A model generated the notes under the pieces. The model was given only the letters and a program-made list of their open reading frames with translations. It ran no database searches and was not told where the DNA came from. A DNA stretch of 64,000 bases from Eledone cirrhosa (Eukaryota): NCBI GenBank assembly GCA_964016885.1, contig OZ024761.1, positions 25,420,001-25,484,000 of the forward strand, written 5' to 3'. Both the position numbers and the translations under genes were made by a program. Below, piece after piece: positions 25,346 through 41,083 of this stretch (its first letter is position 1; every line of letters begins with the position of its first letter).

Positions 25346-26010
25346 ACATTAACATCATGTCTCACACCTTTTCTACACAGAACCTTCTACCGAACATCAA
25401 CGTTTTACTTCCCACCTTCGAAAAACCACCTTCAAACTCCATCACAATAAATTTCATCTCTCCTTTCAAACACTGAGCTTCAACCAAACATCACCCTTCT
25501 ACGTCGCACCTTCAAAATCCATCTACTAAAACTTTCATATGCCAACTTTTTCCACTTAACTCTATATTCAAAACTTCACCTTCGACAAAACACCACCCGC
25601 CCACGTCTCACCCTCGAAAAATCACCTTCAAACTCCATCTACTATAACTTTTATCTGCCAAAATTTATCTACAAATATCTCCATATTCAAAACCTCAACT
25701 TTAACCAAACTTCTCCCTTGCACAACTTACTCTCCAAAACTTATACTTCAAACTCTCTCCATCTACTCTAAATTTTATCTGCCAAACATCATCTACAAAT
25801 ATCTCCATATTGAAACCCTCACCTTCAACCGAACATCAGCCTTCCACATCTCACCTTCCGAAAACCACATTCAATCTCCATCTACTATAACTTTACTCTG
25901 CCAAACTTCATCTACATATATCTCTTTCTTCGAAACCCCACCTTGAACCAAAAATCAACATTATACGTCTCACCTTCCAGAAACCACATTCAATCTCCGT
26001 CTACTTACCC
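25340..26010. repeat. Degenerate ~118-bp C/A-rich tandem repeat (~5-6 units)
   Basis: Recurring caccttcaaactccatctacta...atctgccaaa...atctccatattcaaaacc. Confidence 0.85.
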
Positions 26011-26609
26011 AAACCATTTAAAACATAAAGCACAAAATCAAACCAAAATTAAACCAAACCAAATCTAACTAAATTATAGCAAAAATTCGTCTTCACAGAA
26101 ACCTTCATCTCAAATCCCTCCCAAGAAGAACAAGAGAAAGTCGAGAAATTGCTATTGTATAGAAATGTCTATTAGCTAAGCTAACGCAATATGTTTCCTT
26201 ATTGATCCTTTGTTTGTTGTTCAACACATTCCCCGGATTTAACGTCCATCGGTCAACTGCACAATAATATTTCACATCAACATTAACTGTGCATCGATTC
26301 AAATAAACATTCACATTTATATTCGTATTCATATTCACTCCAAACCCCCACCAACACCGTTTCCATTCCTACCTAACATACAGTGAATGTTCTTAGATAT
26401 CGATCAACACGGCTTTCATCGATTTTTGTCATTTCAAAGTGCATTCCAATATTACAAACACGTGCAACCCTGTAGATAAATCTCCGTAGTAACAAATATT
26501 GGTTTAGTATGACGAGACAGCAACGATTTACAAATTACTTATTTTCAAGTTACATAGGAAGTACATAAGTAGATATATATATTATCAATTGTAGAGGAAT
26601 GAGAATCAA

Positions 26610-26671
<62 letters not shown>

Positions 26672-26707
26672 ATATGAAAGTATGTATGTATATGTATATA
26701 TATAAAA

Positions 26708-26755
<48 letters not shown>

Positions 26756-27036
26756 GTATGTATGTGTATGTCTATATATATGTTAGTACGGTCGAAATAT
26801 ATATGTATGTATATAAATGTATGTCTATCTCTCTCTATATATATATGTATATATATGTGTGTGAACGTATGCATGTATGTATATATATATATATATATAT
26901 GTATGTATTTATGTGTATATATATATATATATGTGTATGTATGTATGTATGTATGTATATATATATATATGTATATGTATGTATGTATATATATATAATG
27001 TGTATGTATATATGTACATGTATGTATGTATGTTGT

Positions 27037-27643
27037 GTCAGGTCACCAGTTGGTGCTACTGGTAACATGTATCCCAGTACAACCTATCTCATGGTCGGTT
27101 CGTTGGCGACTAAACTGGCAACCCCACCAAGGTTTCTTTGTGAGGAGGGTGACTTTGGACATCCTGCAGGACTAAAAACAAAACCTGTCAAAGGGCAAAG
27201 GAGCTGTTAAGAGTCAATGGCCATCCAAAATCACCGGGAGAGATGACCCCTTAGCCTTTGTCAAGGCAGAATTCTAGGAGAAGGAAAACTCTGATATAAC
27301 ACCTGCAACCCTGATGGTATCCAATGATGTTGACTTGTTCTTCTTTTTGGTAAATATCATCTTGGTTAAGAGAGTGGGACTGGCTTTGTGCAGAGCCTTT
27401 GCTTACTATAAAAGCTTCACGGCACAGGCATTGCTTTATATCTGGATATCTCTCTGCACTTGTCACATGGTACAATGGGCCCAGCACTATGTGTCAATAA
27501 TTGTCACAAGTGTAGTGTTTGTACCAGAGTTTTCAAGTCACTGGCTGGACTAAAAAGTCACACTCGTTCAGCGTATCGGTAGGGGTTCTCCTACATGGAT
27601 ATAAAGTAGTGGCCGTACTCGACAACGAGTCTGCAGGCACCAT
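27037..27643. mobile_element. RTE-like LINE 5' region with its distal half inverted
   Basis: The + part contains TCTAGGAGAAGGAAAACTCTGA, which I recognise from RTE 5' UTRs. 27319-27643 continues on the - strand, and ATGGT is shared at both breakpoints. Confidence 0.55.
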
Positions 27644-27652
27644 GTATGTATG

Positions 27653-27702
<50 letters not shown>

Positions 27703-27871
27703 CATATATATATGTGTTTGTATGTATGTGTGTGTAAGTCTGTGTGTCATAATCTGGGCTGGAATCGGGTCTATAATATCAATAAGTTTCTTGAGCAAGC
27801 CATCAGCGAAGCTTTCATAACTGAACCTAATAAATGAAAACCTCATTTTGTACATATATACATATACACAT

Positions 27872-27992
27872 GTGAAGGCGCGTGGCTGAGTGGTTAGAGA
27901 ATTAGATTCACAATCGTGATGCTGTGAGTTCGCTTTCTGGATCGGGCGATGCGTTATGTCTTTGAGCAAGACACTTTATTTCACTTTGCTCC
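27872..27992 (+). mobile_element. Second tRNA-derived SINE family (CORE/V-type), 5' part
   Basis: GGCGCGTGGCTGAGTGGTTAG...GTGAGTTCG...GTCTTTGAGCAAGACACTTTATTTCAC. Relatives are at 32605-32690 (+), 44672-44790 (-) and ~54760-54845 (-). Confidence 0.75.
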
Positions 27993-28117
27993 TTCTACCT
28001 GGAGTTGCGTCCGATAGATAGTATTCGCAATTGGAAGGAAGAATGGAAGCATTGTTTCCTCGGCCCAATTTGACGAAAGTCAATGGACTGTCAAACATAT
28101 ACATACATTATAGATAG

Positions 28118-28310
28118 AGGGCGGTGGATTGGCAGTATCGGTAGAGCGTTTGACGCCATGCTTCTTAACAAAGAGTTACGGCCCTTAATGGTCTGAGTTC
28201 AAATACCGCCGAGGTTAACTTTGCTTTTCATCCTTACGTGGTCGATAAAATAATGTACCAGTAATACACTGAGATAATTGCTGGCCTTGTGCCAAAAGTA
28301 GAAACAATTA
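28118..28310 (+). mobile_element. tRNA-derived SINE (main family), full length
   Basis: GGGCGGTGGATTGGCAGTATCGG (A box), GAGTTCAAAT (B box), and 3' end GTAGAAACAATT. Confidence 0.92.
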
Positions 28311-28361
28311 TAGATAGATAGGTATATAGATAGGTAGATAGGTAGATAGATAGATGGATAA

Positions 28362-28631
28362 TTTTCTTTTTATTTGCCACCAGGGCATCAAAAATTGGGC
28401 CAAGTACAATGGGGGCAGTTTACATAAAGCGTCCTCAATAAGGAGGAGGCGATAACAAAATATAAAAATAAAATAAAATATAACAAAATAAATTTTATAA
28501 CAAAATCCTCCATAGGGAGAAGGCGCCTTGGGGGGTCGCACACACTCCCGAAAAAAAGTGTGCAACCCTTCTCCTCAGGAGCACAGAGAGGGGATGCTCC
28601 CTTCGTCTTTCATCTTCCTCACCTATAGTCT
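28362..28631 (-). mobile_element. LINE 3' UTR (Tx1-like) inserted in (TAGA)n
   Basis: The minus-strand end ...CCCTGGTGGCAAATAAAAAGAAA is flanked by TAGA repeats on both sides. A similar end lies at ~17596-17650, also next to TAGA. Confidence 0.5.
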
Positions 28632-28666
<35 letters not shown>

Positions 28667-29068
28667 GGATGGATATAGTAATATTTGTTTGTTAAAGCAT
28701 ACCCGTCCTCCAAACACTTGACAACATTTAATGTGTGAAAAGCGTTGCGGTAAATATATATTTATTACCATTAACTATGGTATCTAAGTTAAATGTACGA
28801 TTGGAATATTAATTATTTGCAAATGAATGTGCAATTGTACTCGTAAATAGAAAATTAGTCAAACACTTCCCGCCACCACCAACACCACCATCATAAGCCT
28901 TCGTTAGTAGCAACAGAAACAACTAAATAGATAAAGAAAAACAAAATAAGATAGAGCTCTATTGATAAAAGATATAAAAATAGGAGAGAAAAAGAGAGAA
29001 ATAGTTAGAAATGATGTTTGAGAGAGCGAAAGGTTGAGAAAAAATGGTAGATTTAACGAGAGAGGGAG

Positions 29069-29099
<31 letters not shown>

Positions 29100-29172
29100 C
29101 AGACATATATATATATATATATATATATATAGATAGATAGATATATAGATAGATAGATAGATATATAGATAG

Positions 29173-29203
<31 letters not shown>

Positions 29204-29452
29204 GATAGATAGACATAAATATATAAATACATACACATAAATAGATAAATACGTAGATAGACAGAGAGACAAATAAATATATAAATAGTTAGATGCATAC
29301 GTAGATAGATAGAGAGGGGTAGCTTATATGTAAGCTTTTTATTATTATTTTATAAATTAACTTGAATGTTGTTTATAAATTATCTCTCGACTTAATATTG
29401 ATTATCAATAGATTATATATACTACTATTGCCAAATGTAGATGTACGTATAC

Positions 29453-29493
<41 letters not shown>

Positions 29494-29495
29494 TA

Positions 29496-29530
<35 letters not shown>

Positions 29531-29532
29531 TA

Positions 29533-29571
<39 letters not shown>

Positions 29572-29606
29572 CAGATATTTAATATATATATATATATACA
29601 CAGATA

Positions 29607-29643
<37 letters not shown>

Positions 29644-29735
29644 TATTTAATATATATATATACACAAATATTTTATATATATATATATATATACATACAC
29701 AAATATTTTATATACATATATATATACATACACGA

Positions 29736-29776
<41 letters not shown>

Positions 29777-30567
29777 GTGTTTGAATTTGTGTTCGCCCAT
29801 GTAGATACGTGTATTATATTTGTACGTTTTTTATGTTTTCGTGCGTCTTTCCTCCTTAAACATTTTGCCACGTTATAAAACATGTTCAACAGTGCCCCCT
29901 GGTGGTACTTTTCATATTGTTTTCTTTGCTTTAGTTGCGTTTTATTATAGCTGTTGTTAGTATTACATTGTTTGTTTTCTTAATAAGCATTACTGATGAA
30001 GGATGAAAATGAACAAGGCTAGTCAACAAATAAATAATGAGCATTATAAACATTATAAATCTTCGGCTATTAAAACCATGCCCATAAATAATTCTGCAAA
30101 GAATACATATTAATGGCTGCCGAAAATAAATATTACAAAAAAAAAAACAAAGCAAGGAAATAAAAAAAGAAGGGAGACAAAAGAGAAAACGCAAATAACG
30201 ATGGTGGAATGAAAACAAAATGGCCGTGAAAAACAAAATGGCTGTAAAATACAATTTCGTGACGTAATTATTAATCTTTATATCATTTTAATACGAAGAG
30301 TCATGAGGGAGCGAGACGTCTGGCATGAGATCGTTTTTGTTTCGTTTTTTTTAGTTTTGTTTCCCTCCTTCGATCGGAAAATCGAATAAGTGGAGAGGAG
30401 AGGAGAGGATGTGATCGAATGTAATGAGACTCACCCACACGGGTGCAGTTAACCATCTCTTCCCCTCGATCTATGCCTCTCTGTATCTGTTTATGACACT
30501 GAATGCTATGTCTATCTGTATGTCTACGTATCAATACGAAGGCTTTGCTCCCCACTCCTCTATACAA

Positions 30568-30612
<45 letters not shown>

Positions 30613-30761
30613 AATATATGTTTATATACAATTACATACACACGTACTCACATTTACACAAACATGCATACTTGAAAAACTTAAATACACATTTATCATA
30701 TAGGATACATTATATAAAAAAATCTTAAAGATTTATTTCAAGCATACCAGACACACACACA

Positions 30762-30797
<36 letters not shown>

Positions 30798-31081
30798 GCA
30801 TGTATAGAAATACGTACTCAAGTATTTCCACACCTACAAACACTTTCACACACTCTCACAAACGTACATATCTATATACACGAGCGTTGCGTTCCACAGT
30901 TGAAAACATAATTATAGTTTTGTTATATGAAATCATTTTTTAAATAATTTTCTTAAATTTTAATCAAATTACAACTGAATATATAATTGTTTAATCATAT
31001 AATTAGATTATATGCAAAAATGTTTATGAAATTTTGTGAAGCAACATTATATATTATATATATGCTGTGTGTGAGTATGTG

Positions 31082-31117
<36 letters not shown>

Positions 31118-31438
31118 CATACATGTGCATACATATATATGTATATATATATATATATACATACATACATGTGCATACATATATATATATATATATATAG
31201 ACATACATATATATACACAAACATACATATATATACACATACATACATACAACTATACATAGATATACATACATACATATACACCTACATATATATACAT
31301 ATATATATACATACATATACCTATATATATATACATACATATACCTCTATACATATTATATATACATACATATACCTCTATACATATTATATATACATAC
31401 ATATATATGTATACATATATATACATATACCTCTATAC

Positions 31439-31475
<37 letters not shown>

Positions 31476-32695
31476 TAGATTCCGTCTTCTATGTAGACAT
31501 AAATCATATTAGCAAAGAGTTATATTTTTATATTCACCCGAGTAAAGGTTTGTGTGTTAGTTGTTAATATATTCATTTTACTTACGCTCATAATTTCACG
31601 TGATCGGTTACCGGCAGAACGTTGTTTTCTTCAGCACAGACATGAATTTATATGTTGCTTATCTCCACACATGGGGTTCAATGACCAGGTCTGTCACACG
31701 ATGACTCCCGCTGAATCTTCTTGGGGAATGTGTTAGTGTTACAGATATTTTGTGTTAATATCGACGGGATTTGAACTCGAAATGAAAATAGACGGTATAT
31801 TTAAAGCTAAGTAGTTTTCAGACACTCGAACTTATCACAAATTTACCTCTCTGAAAACTAGACATGGACGCTTACAATAAATCGATCTTCATTCCTTTCG
31901 AATAACGAGAAATTGTAGTTTTACCATTAAGCTAAGAGACAATTGACTATGGCTAACGATATATAAATAATAATAGAAGGAAATTGTGAGATATTTAATG
32001 CCTCCATCTATATGTGTTAGTGAATGTATCATAATAATAACTACATTATATATATATATATATATATACATACATGCATACATACATACATACATATCCA
32101 TACATAAACATATACATATCCATACATAAATATATACATATCCATACATAAATATATACATATACATATAAACATATAATATATATTATATACATGTACA
32201 TACATAAATATGAAACATATTCACATATATATATAAATATATAATATTTATTATATACATATACACACGCACGCACACACATAAATATATATATATATAT
32301 ATATGTATATATAAAGTTTAGAAGAAACTTCTATATAAGCTTTAACGTGATATGGAAGTTCACGGTTCCACTGATTAATAAAATAGTGAAGTTTACGATG
32401 GAAATTTGCAGACATGTCGATGTCAGTGATTAATTGTTGATAAGAGTATACATCGATAGATTCTGGCTTCTTGTAATTTTGGAACCGGCAAGCCAATATA
32501 TCCAACAGGAAACATGGAAAGTAATTATGTAGCAGAGGATGATATCAGTAAATTTTGATTGTTAAAATAAGTATATAAGCTTGTTGTATATAAAGAATCG
32601 TAAATTAGTGGTTAGATCGTTGAGTTCACAACCGTAATGTTGTGAGTTCGATACCCGGAGCGGACAGTGTATTGTGTACATTATTTCACGTAGCT

Positions 32696-32883
32696 GGGCG
32701 GTGGATTGGCAGTATCGGTGAGGGTCAGACACCATGCTTTCCAGCATAGTTACGTCCCTTTACGATCTGAGTTCAAATCCCGCCGAGGTTGACTTTGCCT
32801 TTCATCCTTACGGGGTCGATAAAATAAAGTACTAGTAATACACTGGGTAATTGCTGGCCTTGTGCCTAATGTAGAAACAATTA
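32696..32883 (+). mobile_element. tRNA-derived SINE (main family), full length
   Basis: Full match to the family; inserted just after a truncated copy of the second SINE family. Confidence 0.92.
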
Positions 32884-33020
32884 TTTCCCGTAGCTGGAAA
32901 AAGATGAGTCGTGAAACCAACGGTACCAATCTGAATCTGTCTTTGCCTTTACTATGGGAATCATATATTGGATATATAAATCTATCAATAAATCAAACAA
33001 TATTAATTATTTCAAATGAA

Positions 33021-33825
33021 ATAATTGTCTCTACTGTAGGCACAAGGCCAGCAATAACCCAGTGCATTACTGGTACTTTATTTTATCGACCCCGTAATGA
33101 TGAAAGGCAAATTCAATCTCGGCGGGATTTGAACTCAGATCGTAAAGGGACGTAACTATGCTGGAAAGCATGGGGTCCGACCCTCTACCGATACTGCCAA
33201 TCCACCGCCCTATTTCAAGTGAAATAATAGAACACAGAGATATATATGTATTCATACATAAAACGTACTGAAATAAATGTTTCTAATTCTGGCACAAGGC
33301 CAGCAATTATCCTACTGGTGGTTTATTTTATCGACCCCGTTAGGATGAAAGGATGAAAGGCAAAGTTAACCTCGGCGAAATTTGAACTCAGACCGTAAAG
33401 GACCGTAACTCTATGCTGCAAATCATGGTTTCTGACCCTCTACTGATACTGCCCATCCGTTTCCCATCAAACCATATTAAGTTAATTGTTTCTACTCAAG
33501 GCCAGCGTGAATTACTGGTACTTTATTTTATCGACCCTGTAAGGATGAAAGGCCAAGTTAACCTCGGCCGGATTTGAACTGAAACCGTAAATAGACGTAA
33601 CTCTATGCTGGAAAGAATGATGCCTGACACTCTACCGATACGGCTAACCACCGCCCGGCCAAACCATATTAAGATAATTATTTCTAATTTTAGCACAAGG
33701 CCAGCAATTGCCCAGTACAGTACTGGTGCTGTATTTTATCGACCCCGTAAGGATGAAAGTCAAAGTTAACCTCGGCGGAATTTGAACTCAGATTGTAAAG
33801 GGACGTAACTATGCTGGAAAGCATA
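33021..33825 (-). mobile_element. Head-to-tail array of four main-family SINEs
   Basis: Copies at ~33021-33210, 33277-33465, 33484-33655 and 33673-33825. Confidence 0.9.
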
Positions 33826-34409
33826 GTGGTTACACAACAGTCAGATCACCATACCGGAAAAAAATTGTTTCACCTTATCGGATCCTCAGCTCGTAATGGA
33901 CATGGTTATACAGAGCAGGAAGGACAAGCGTACGAACGCGCATGCGCAGAAACGTTCACTTCTCACAGGCAATACTAAATTGCGTGCGAAAGGTGTAAGG
34001 GAGATAACTGCAAAAGTCCGAAAGTTTCTAGTTGATAAGAAAATTAGGATGTTGTTGTACTTCAATCCGGAGCCTTGTAGCTATGTAAGAGGTGTTTCCA
34101 GACGTGTGGACAACCGTGAAAAATTCATTTCTTGAATTTAGGCAATCACTATTGCGTAATCCCTTTATATTATGTATTCGTTCATCAATACATAGTCCAC
34201 ACGACGGATTGCCCATTGTGTATGGCTTGGAATTAGTGATGGCTTTCCATTGAATGGAGCAGTCTATACGTAGCACGGGAGATTCGTGGATGGAGGTCGA
34301 CTGGTGGTTCAGGAGGCGTTCCTTGAATCCTTCCTGAACCACCAGGTACCCGGACAGACGTTCATCCACGAAACTCGCGAGGATATTACCATCCAGTGTT
34401 CTACCACTA

Positions 34410-34410
<1 letters not shown>
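33824..34410 (-). mobile_element. PLE family A copy, inverted, with the tail on the opposite end
   Basis: Minus strand: GFKERLLNHQST...SIQWKAITNSKPYTMGNPSCGLCIDER...DCLNSRNEFF plus a degenerate hammerhead at 33854-33894. 34348-34410 is + oriented and ends in the family A tail. Confidence 0.85.
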
Positions 34411-34446
<36 letters not shown>

Positions 34447-34575
34447 TGACGACCGAGAGTAAGCAGTACTCAATAGCGACGTTCAGTTTAAGTATTCATT
34501 CTATTAAGGCTCAATAGAGAGACTCGTCACCCTGGAGTAGCATGATTCACTATTTAGGCTCTATCGACTTAATAC

Positions 34576-34625
<50 letters not shown>

Positions 34626-34661
34626 CTGTGTGTGTCTGTGTGTGTCTGTGTGTGTCTGTGT

Positions 34662-34745
<84 letters not shown>

Positions 34746-34814
34746 TTACCATAAATCTTTGTACGCGTGGATTTTAATTCTATGGTTTAGTATTCATTGC
34801 TTTCTCAAATAGTT

Positions 34815-34849
<35 letters not shown>

Positions 34850-34850
34850 G

Positions 34851-34904
<54 letters not shown>

Positions 34905-35049
34905 TGTATTGTAGTTTCTTAAGTTCTATAGCTGTCCATTCACCTAAACGTATATCTATCTATATATCTAATAATCTATCTAAATATTTACCTATGTACC
35001 TCCTTACGTTTCTATATATCGTTTATCTCTACATATATGTCAACATACA

Positions 35050-35082
<33 letters not shown>

Positions 35083-36170
35083 TATATATATATATATATA
35101 TACATATATACACACTCATGCATTGGTACTTTCAGTGTAATGACAATAATCGCTCTGGATGAATGATTTGCTTGTGTTCAGTGAATTCTGTACATTATAT
35201 ACACGTGTACAAACATACATCCATACAGCACTAACGTTCTCATATACACATATACACATATACACACATGTACACCCTTTACATACCAACACGAGTATAT
35301 ATATATCTATGTAATATAATATATATATATATATATGTAAAATAAAATATATATATTTATTATATTATATATATATATATATATATACATATATATATAG
35401 GTAATATATATATATGTAGATTATTATATATATATATATTTATATATGTAATATATTATAAATATATATATTAATATATATATATATATATGTAATATAT
35501 TATATATATATATATATGTAATATATTATATATATATATATATATATGTAATATATTATATATATATGTTATATATTATATATATATATGTTATATATAT
35601 TATATATATATATGTTATATATATTATATATATATGTTATATATATTATATATATATGTTATAAATTATATATATATATATATAATATATATATAATATA
35701 TATATAATATATATATATATATATGTGTCTGTGTCTGTGCGCGTGTGTGTAATGTGTGCGTAGGATCAATATACAGAAATAGGTACAACAAATCAGTTAC
35801 TGATTGTGAATTTTGGCTAGGATTTAGTTTGATAGATTTTCAGGCCAAAACAGTCTCAGAACCAGACTTTGGTGTATAAATGGTAATGCCAATACCATTG
35901 GTACTACACAAACACAAACAGATAGAGAGAAACATACACAAGCATACAGACACGCACAAAGAGGCGCACACATAATCAGTTCCAAACACACACAGTTTCT
36001 GATATAGAAGCAAATACTCATGCACACATCTGATGACTGTTCGATATTATACTTGGTAGACTTAGCCGTGTTCAGTGAGTAGGAAAAGAAAGAAAATACT
36101 AAAACAAACAGGTGAATCGAACAATCAATCACACACGTTCATACACACCCATCCCTCTATATCTCATACA

Positions 36171-36207
<37 letters not shown>

Positions 36208-36210
<3 letters not shown>

Positions 36211-36342
36211 CGTTTCTGAATTTGTTGAGCAAGATTCTTTATCTGAAAACGTGTGTTGAAACCGATATTGTTATACTTTGGGAGGGTCATGTTGCCAATA
36301 AGAAACACAAGCACCAATTGCATTCACTTCAATTTATTATAA
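36208..36342 (-). mobile_element. PLE family B 3' end in (TA)n
   Basis: Reverse complement of the 21106-21205 / 43845-43968 end. Confidence 0.75.
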
Positions 36343-36452
36343 TATATATATATTACATATATATATACATATATATATATATATATTACATATATATATC
36401 CATATATATATGTATTATATATATATTACATATATATATACATATATATATG

Positions 36453-36491
<39 letters not shown>

Positions 36492-36643
36492 TATATACAT
36501 ATATATATGTATTATATATATACACATATATATATACACATATATATATACATATATATATGTATTATATATATATATATACACATATATATATATATAT
36601 ATACATATATATTATATAATATATATACACAGTTATGTATACA

Positions 36644-36683
<40 letters not shown>

Positions 36684-37210
36684 TACACATTTATGTATCA
36701 TATACATATAGATATATACGTATAGGTATAATCAGTTATGTAACAATCTCAAAGCTATGTATGTCTCTGTCTATGTATGAATATATGAAAGCCAGACAGT
36801 GAAAAGGAAAAAGAGAGGGAGGTAGAGGGAGAGAGATATATAGAGCGTAAGAAAAAGGGGGGTGACAGCGTGAAAGATAACTAACACTTCTGGCATTTTA
36901 TATAAACCGAATCGATTAGTTAGTGTTGCGTTTCATCAAAAATATACAGTTATAAAATATGTTCCAACATTGCGTTAGTTTTGGTTTCTAATCTATGTTC
37001 ATTTGGTTTCTAATAAGTGTTACATAAGATAGTTTACATTGCGGTACTCCAAAAGGGGAAACTAAGATTGTATGGCAGGTGTACAGGCATTGCCAGTTCA
37101 CATCTAACCTTCATATACACATAAAAAAACGCACTGACTTGCAAAAAAGAAAAAAAATATATATATATATATATATATATACAAATATGTATATATATAT
37201 ATATAGTTAA

Positions 37211-37370
37211 ATAATTGTTTCTACTATTGGCACAAGGCCAGAAAAAAAATAACCAGTTCATTACTGGTACTTTATTTCATCGACCCGGTAAGGATGAAAG
37301 GCAAAGTTAAGCTCGGCGGGATTTGAACTCAGACCATAAAGGGACTTAACTCTTTGCTGCAAAGCATGGT
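37211..37370 (-). mobile_element. tRNA-derived SINE (main family), 5' truncated
   Basis: Family match. Confidence 0.85.
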
Positions 37371-37530
37371 TGGCTGTACAATAAGGGGTGTATTTAAAGT
37401 ACTGACAATTGTTTCGTTGATCAGGTGAGTCTAGAGTTCGCTAAACGCTTGAGGTTGCCACTCTAAGACCCTAAATATCGAGTACTCTGTTGCGTTATGG
37501 TCCACCTGGTTTCTTACCATACCCTCACAT

Positions 37531-37589
<59 letters not shown>

Positions 37590-37643
37590 GTAATATGTGC
37601 GGTGTGTGTGTGGTGTGGTGTGTGGTGTGGTGTGGTGTGTGTG

Positions 37644-37860
37644 TGTAAAAAGTAATCAGAAATAACAACACAATCGGTACAGTATATGGAAGGAATGTAT
37701 CAGGTTAACGCTTGAAATAACAGGAAGAGGGTCTTAACGTTTCGGGTGCTATTCCTTCATTAGAAAAAAGAATGAGAAATTAGAAAGATTGAAGGGGTGG
37801 ACGGGGTGAAATTGGAAAAAAATGTTTTTAGCGAAAGACAACAGGTCCATTCATGTTGTC
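37644..37860 (-). mobile_element. PLE family D remnant
   Basis: Homologous to 15521-15722 with the same endpoints. Degenerate CTAATGA...GAAACGTTAAGA motif. Confidence 0.55.
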
Positions 37861-38719
37861 ATCTCTTCTCATCCAACCCTCGAATGTTGGTACCCTTCAT
37901 AACGGTACATATATACATACACATATGTATACAAATATACAAACACAATACATAAATACATGTATACATACGTGCATACTTTGTGAGTGCTTTGTATTGT
38001 TTTAGTGAACAAGTAAAATAAAGGAATGGAAATGAATATGAAGTAAAACAAAACATCAATGTATAATCTTTCTATGTATTTCCTCTATATTTCGGGGTCT
38101 TGCTCTTTTCAAACAGAACTTTGTCGAACATTTAATGTACTTTTTACCAATTAGGTTCGATACTGATTGATTACGGGGATCGGAGGAGAACCGTTGTTCT
38201 AAACATGATATTGCCGTAAACATTGGATAAGATTTAGGGGATGTTAGTAACCTGCAATTATTTCTCTTTATTTCTTTTGCGGATGGAGCATGCGCATGGG
38301 AGATAATCCTTGACTAGAGCCGTCCGAATATATAATTTATTAATATGAGGCGTTTTATAGCATTAACATTAGGCAAGGACTGGGTGAACTTTATTGATAT
38401 TTTACGGGCAATGTTTTCAACAATGGCTAATATAATAACTATGAAATCCAGCCAGACATCAGAGTGGTTCTGTGTTTCTAGATAGCAAAGATTACCAACC
38501 ATTGTGTTCAATAATTGCAACGATTTAAATTAAAATTAATGATTATTTCTCAAAGATTTTATTATGATTACAGAAGCCATATTCCGATGTTATTGAAAAA
38601 CAGATGATCATTGAATCTCCAGATCACGTGATACACATTAAAGTGAAACAATCAAATACTCTCTTATGATCATGGACTTGAAGTTGACACACGTCAGAGT
38701 TCATATCAACACATTAACA

Positions 38720-40776
<2,057 letters not shown>

Positions 40777-41050
40777 AAGTTTGTGAGTGTGTGTGTGTGT
40801 GTGGTGTGTGGTGTGTGGTGTGTGGTGTGTGGGTGTGTGTGTGTGTGGGTGTGTGTGTGTGTGTGAGTGTGTGTGTCGTGGCCCAACGGCTGAGCTTTAG
40901 CCGGTTCCACACCTAGTTCTAGACAAAGTAACTGTAGAAATAAAAAGATCTCAGCCGTCGTCTTTTTCTACTATCACAAATAAAGAGTACTCTGTTGAAT
41001 AATGGTCTCCCTATTTCAATATTGATTTCAATCTGGAAATAGATATATAG

Positions 41051-41083
<33 letters not shown>

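Noticed and set aside
28118-28215. tRNA gene
   Set aside because: A and B boxes are present, but they belong to a multi-copy SINE head with no convincing cloverleaf.
33021-33825. CRISPR-like repeat-spacer appearance
   Set aside because: The units are ~190-bp SINEs in a eukaryotic context with no cas genes.
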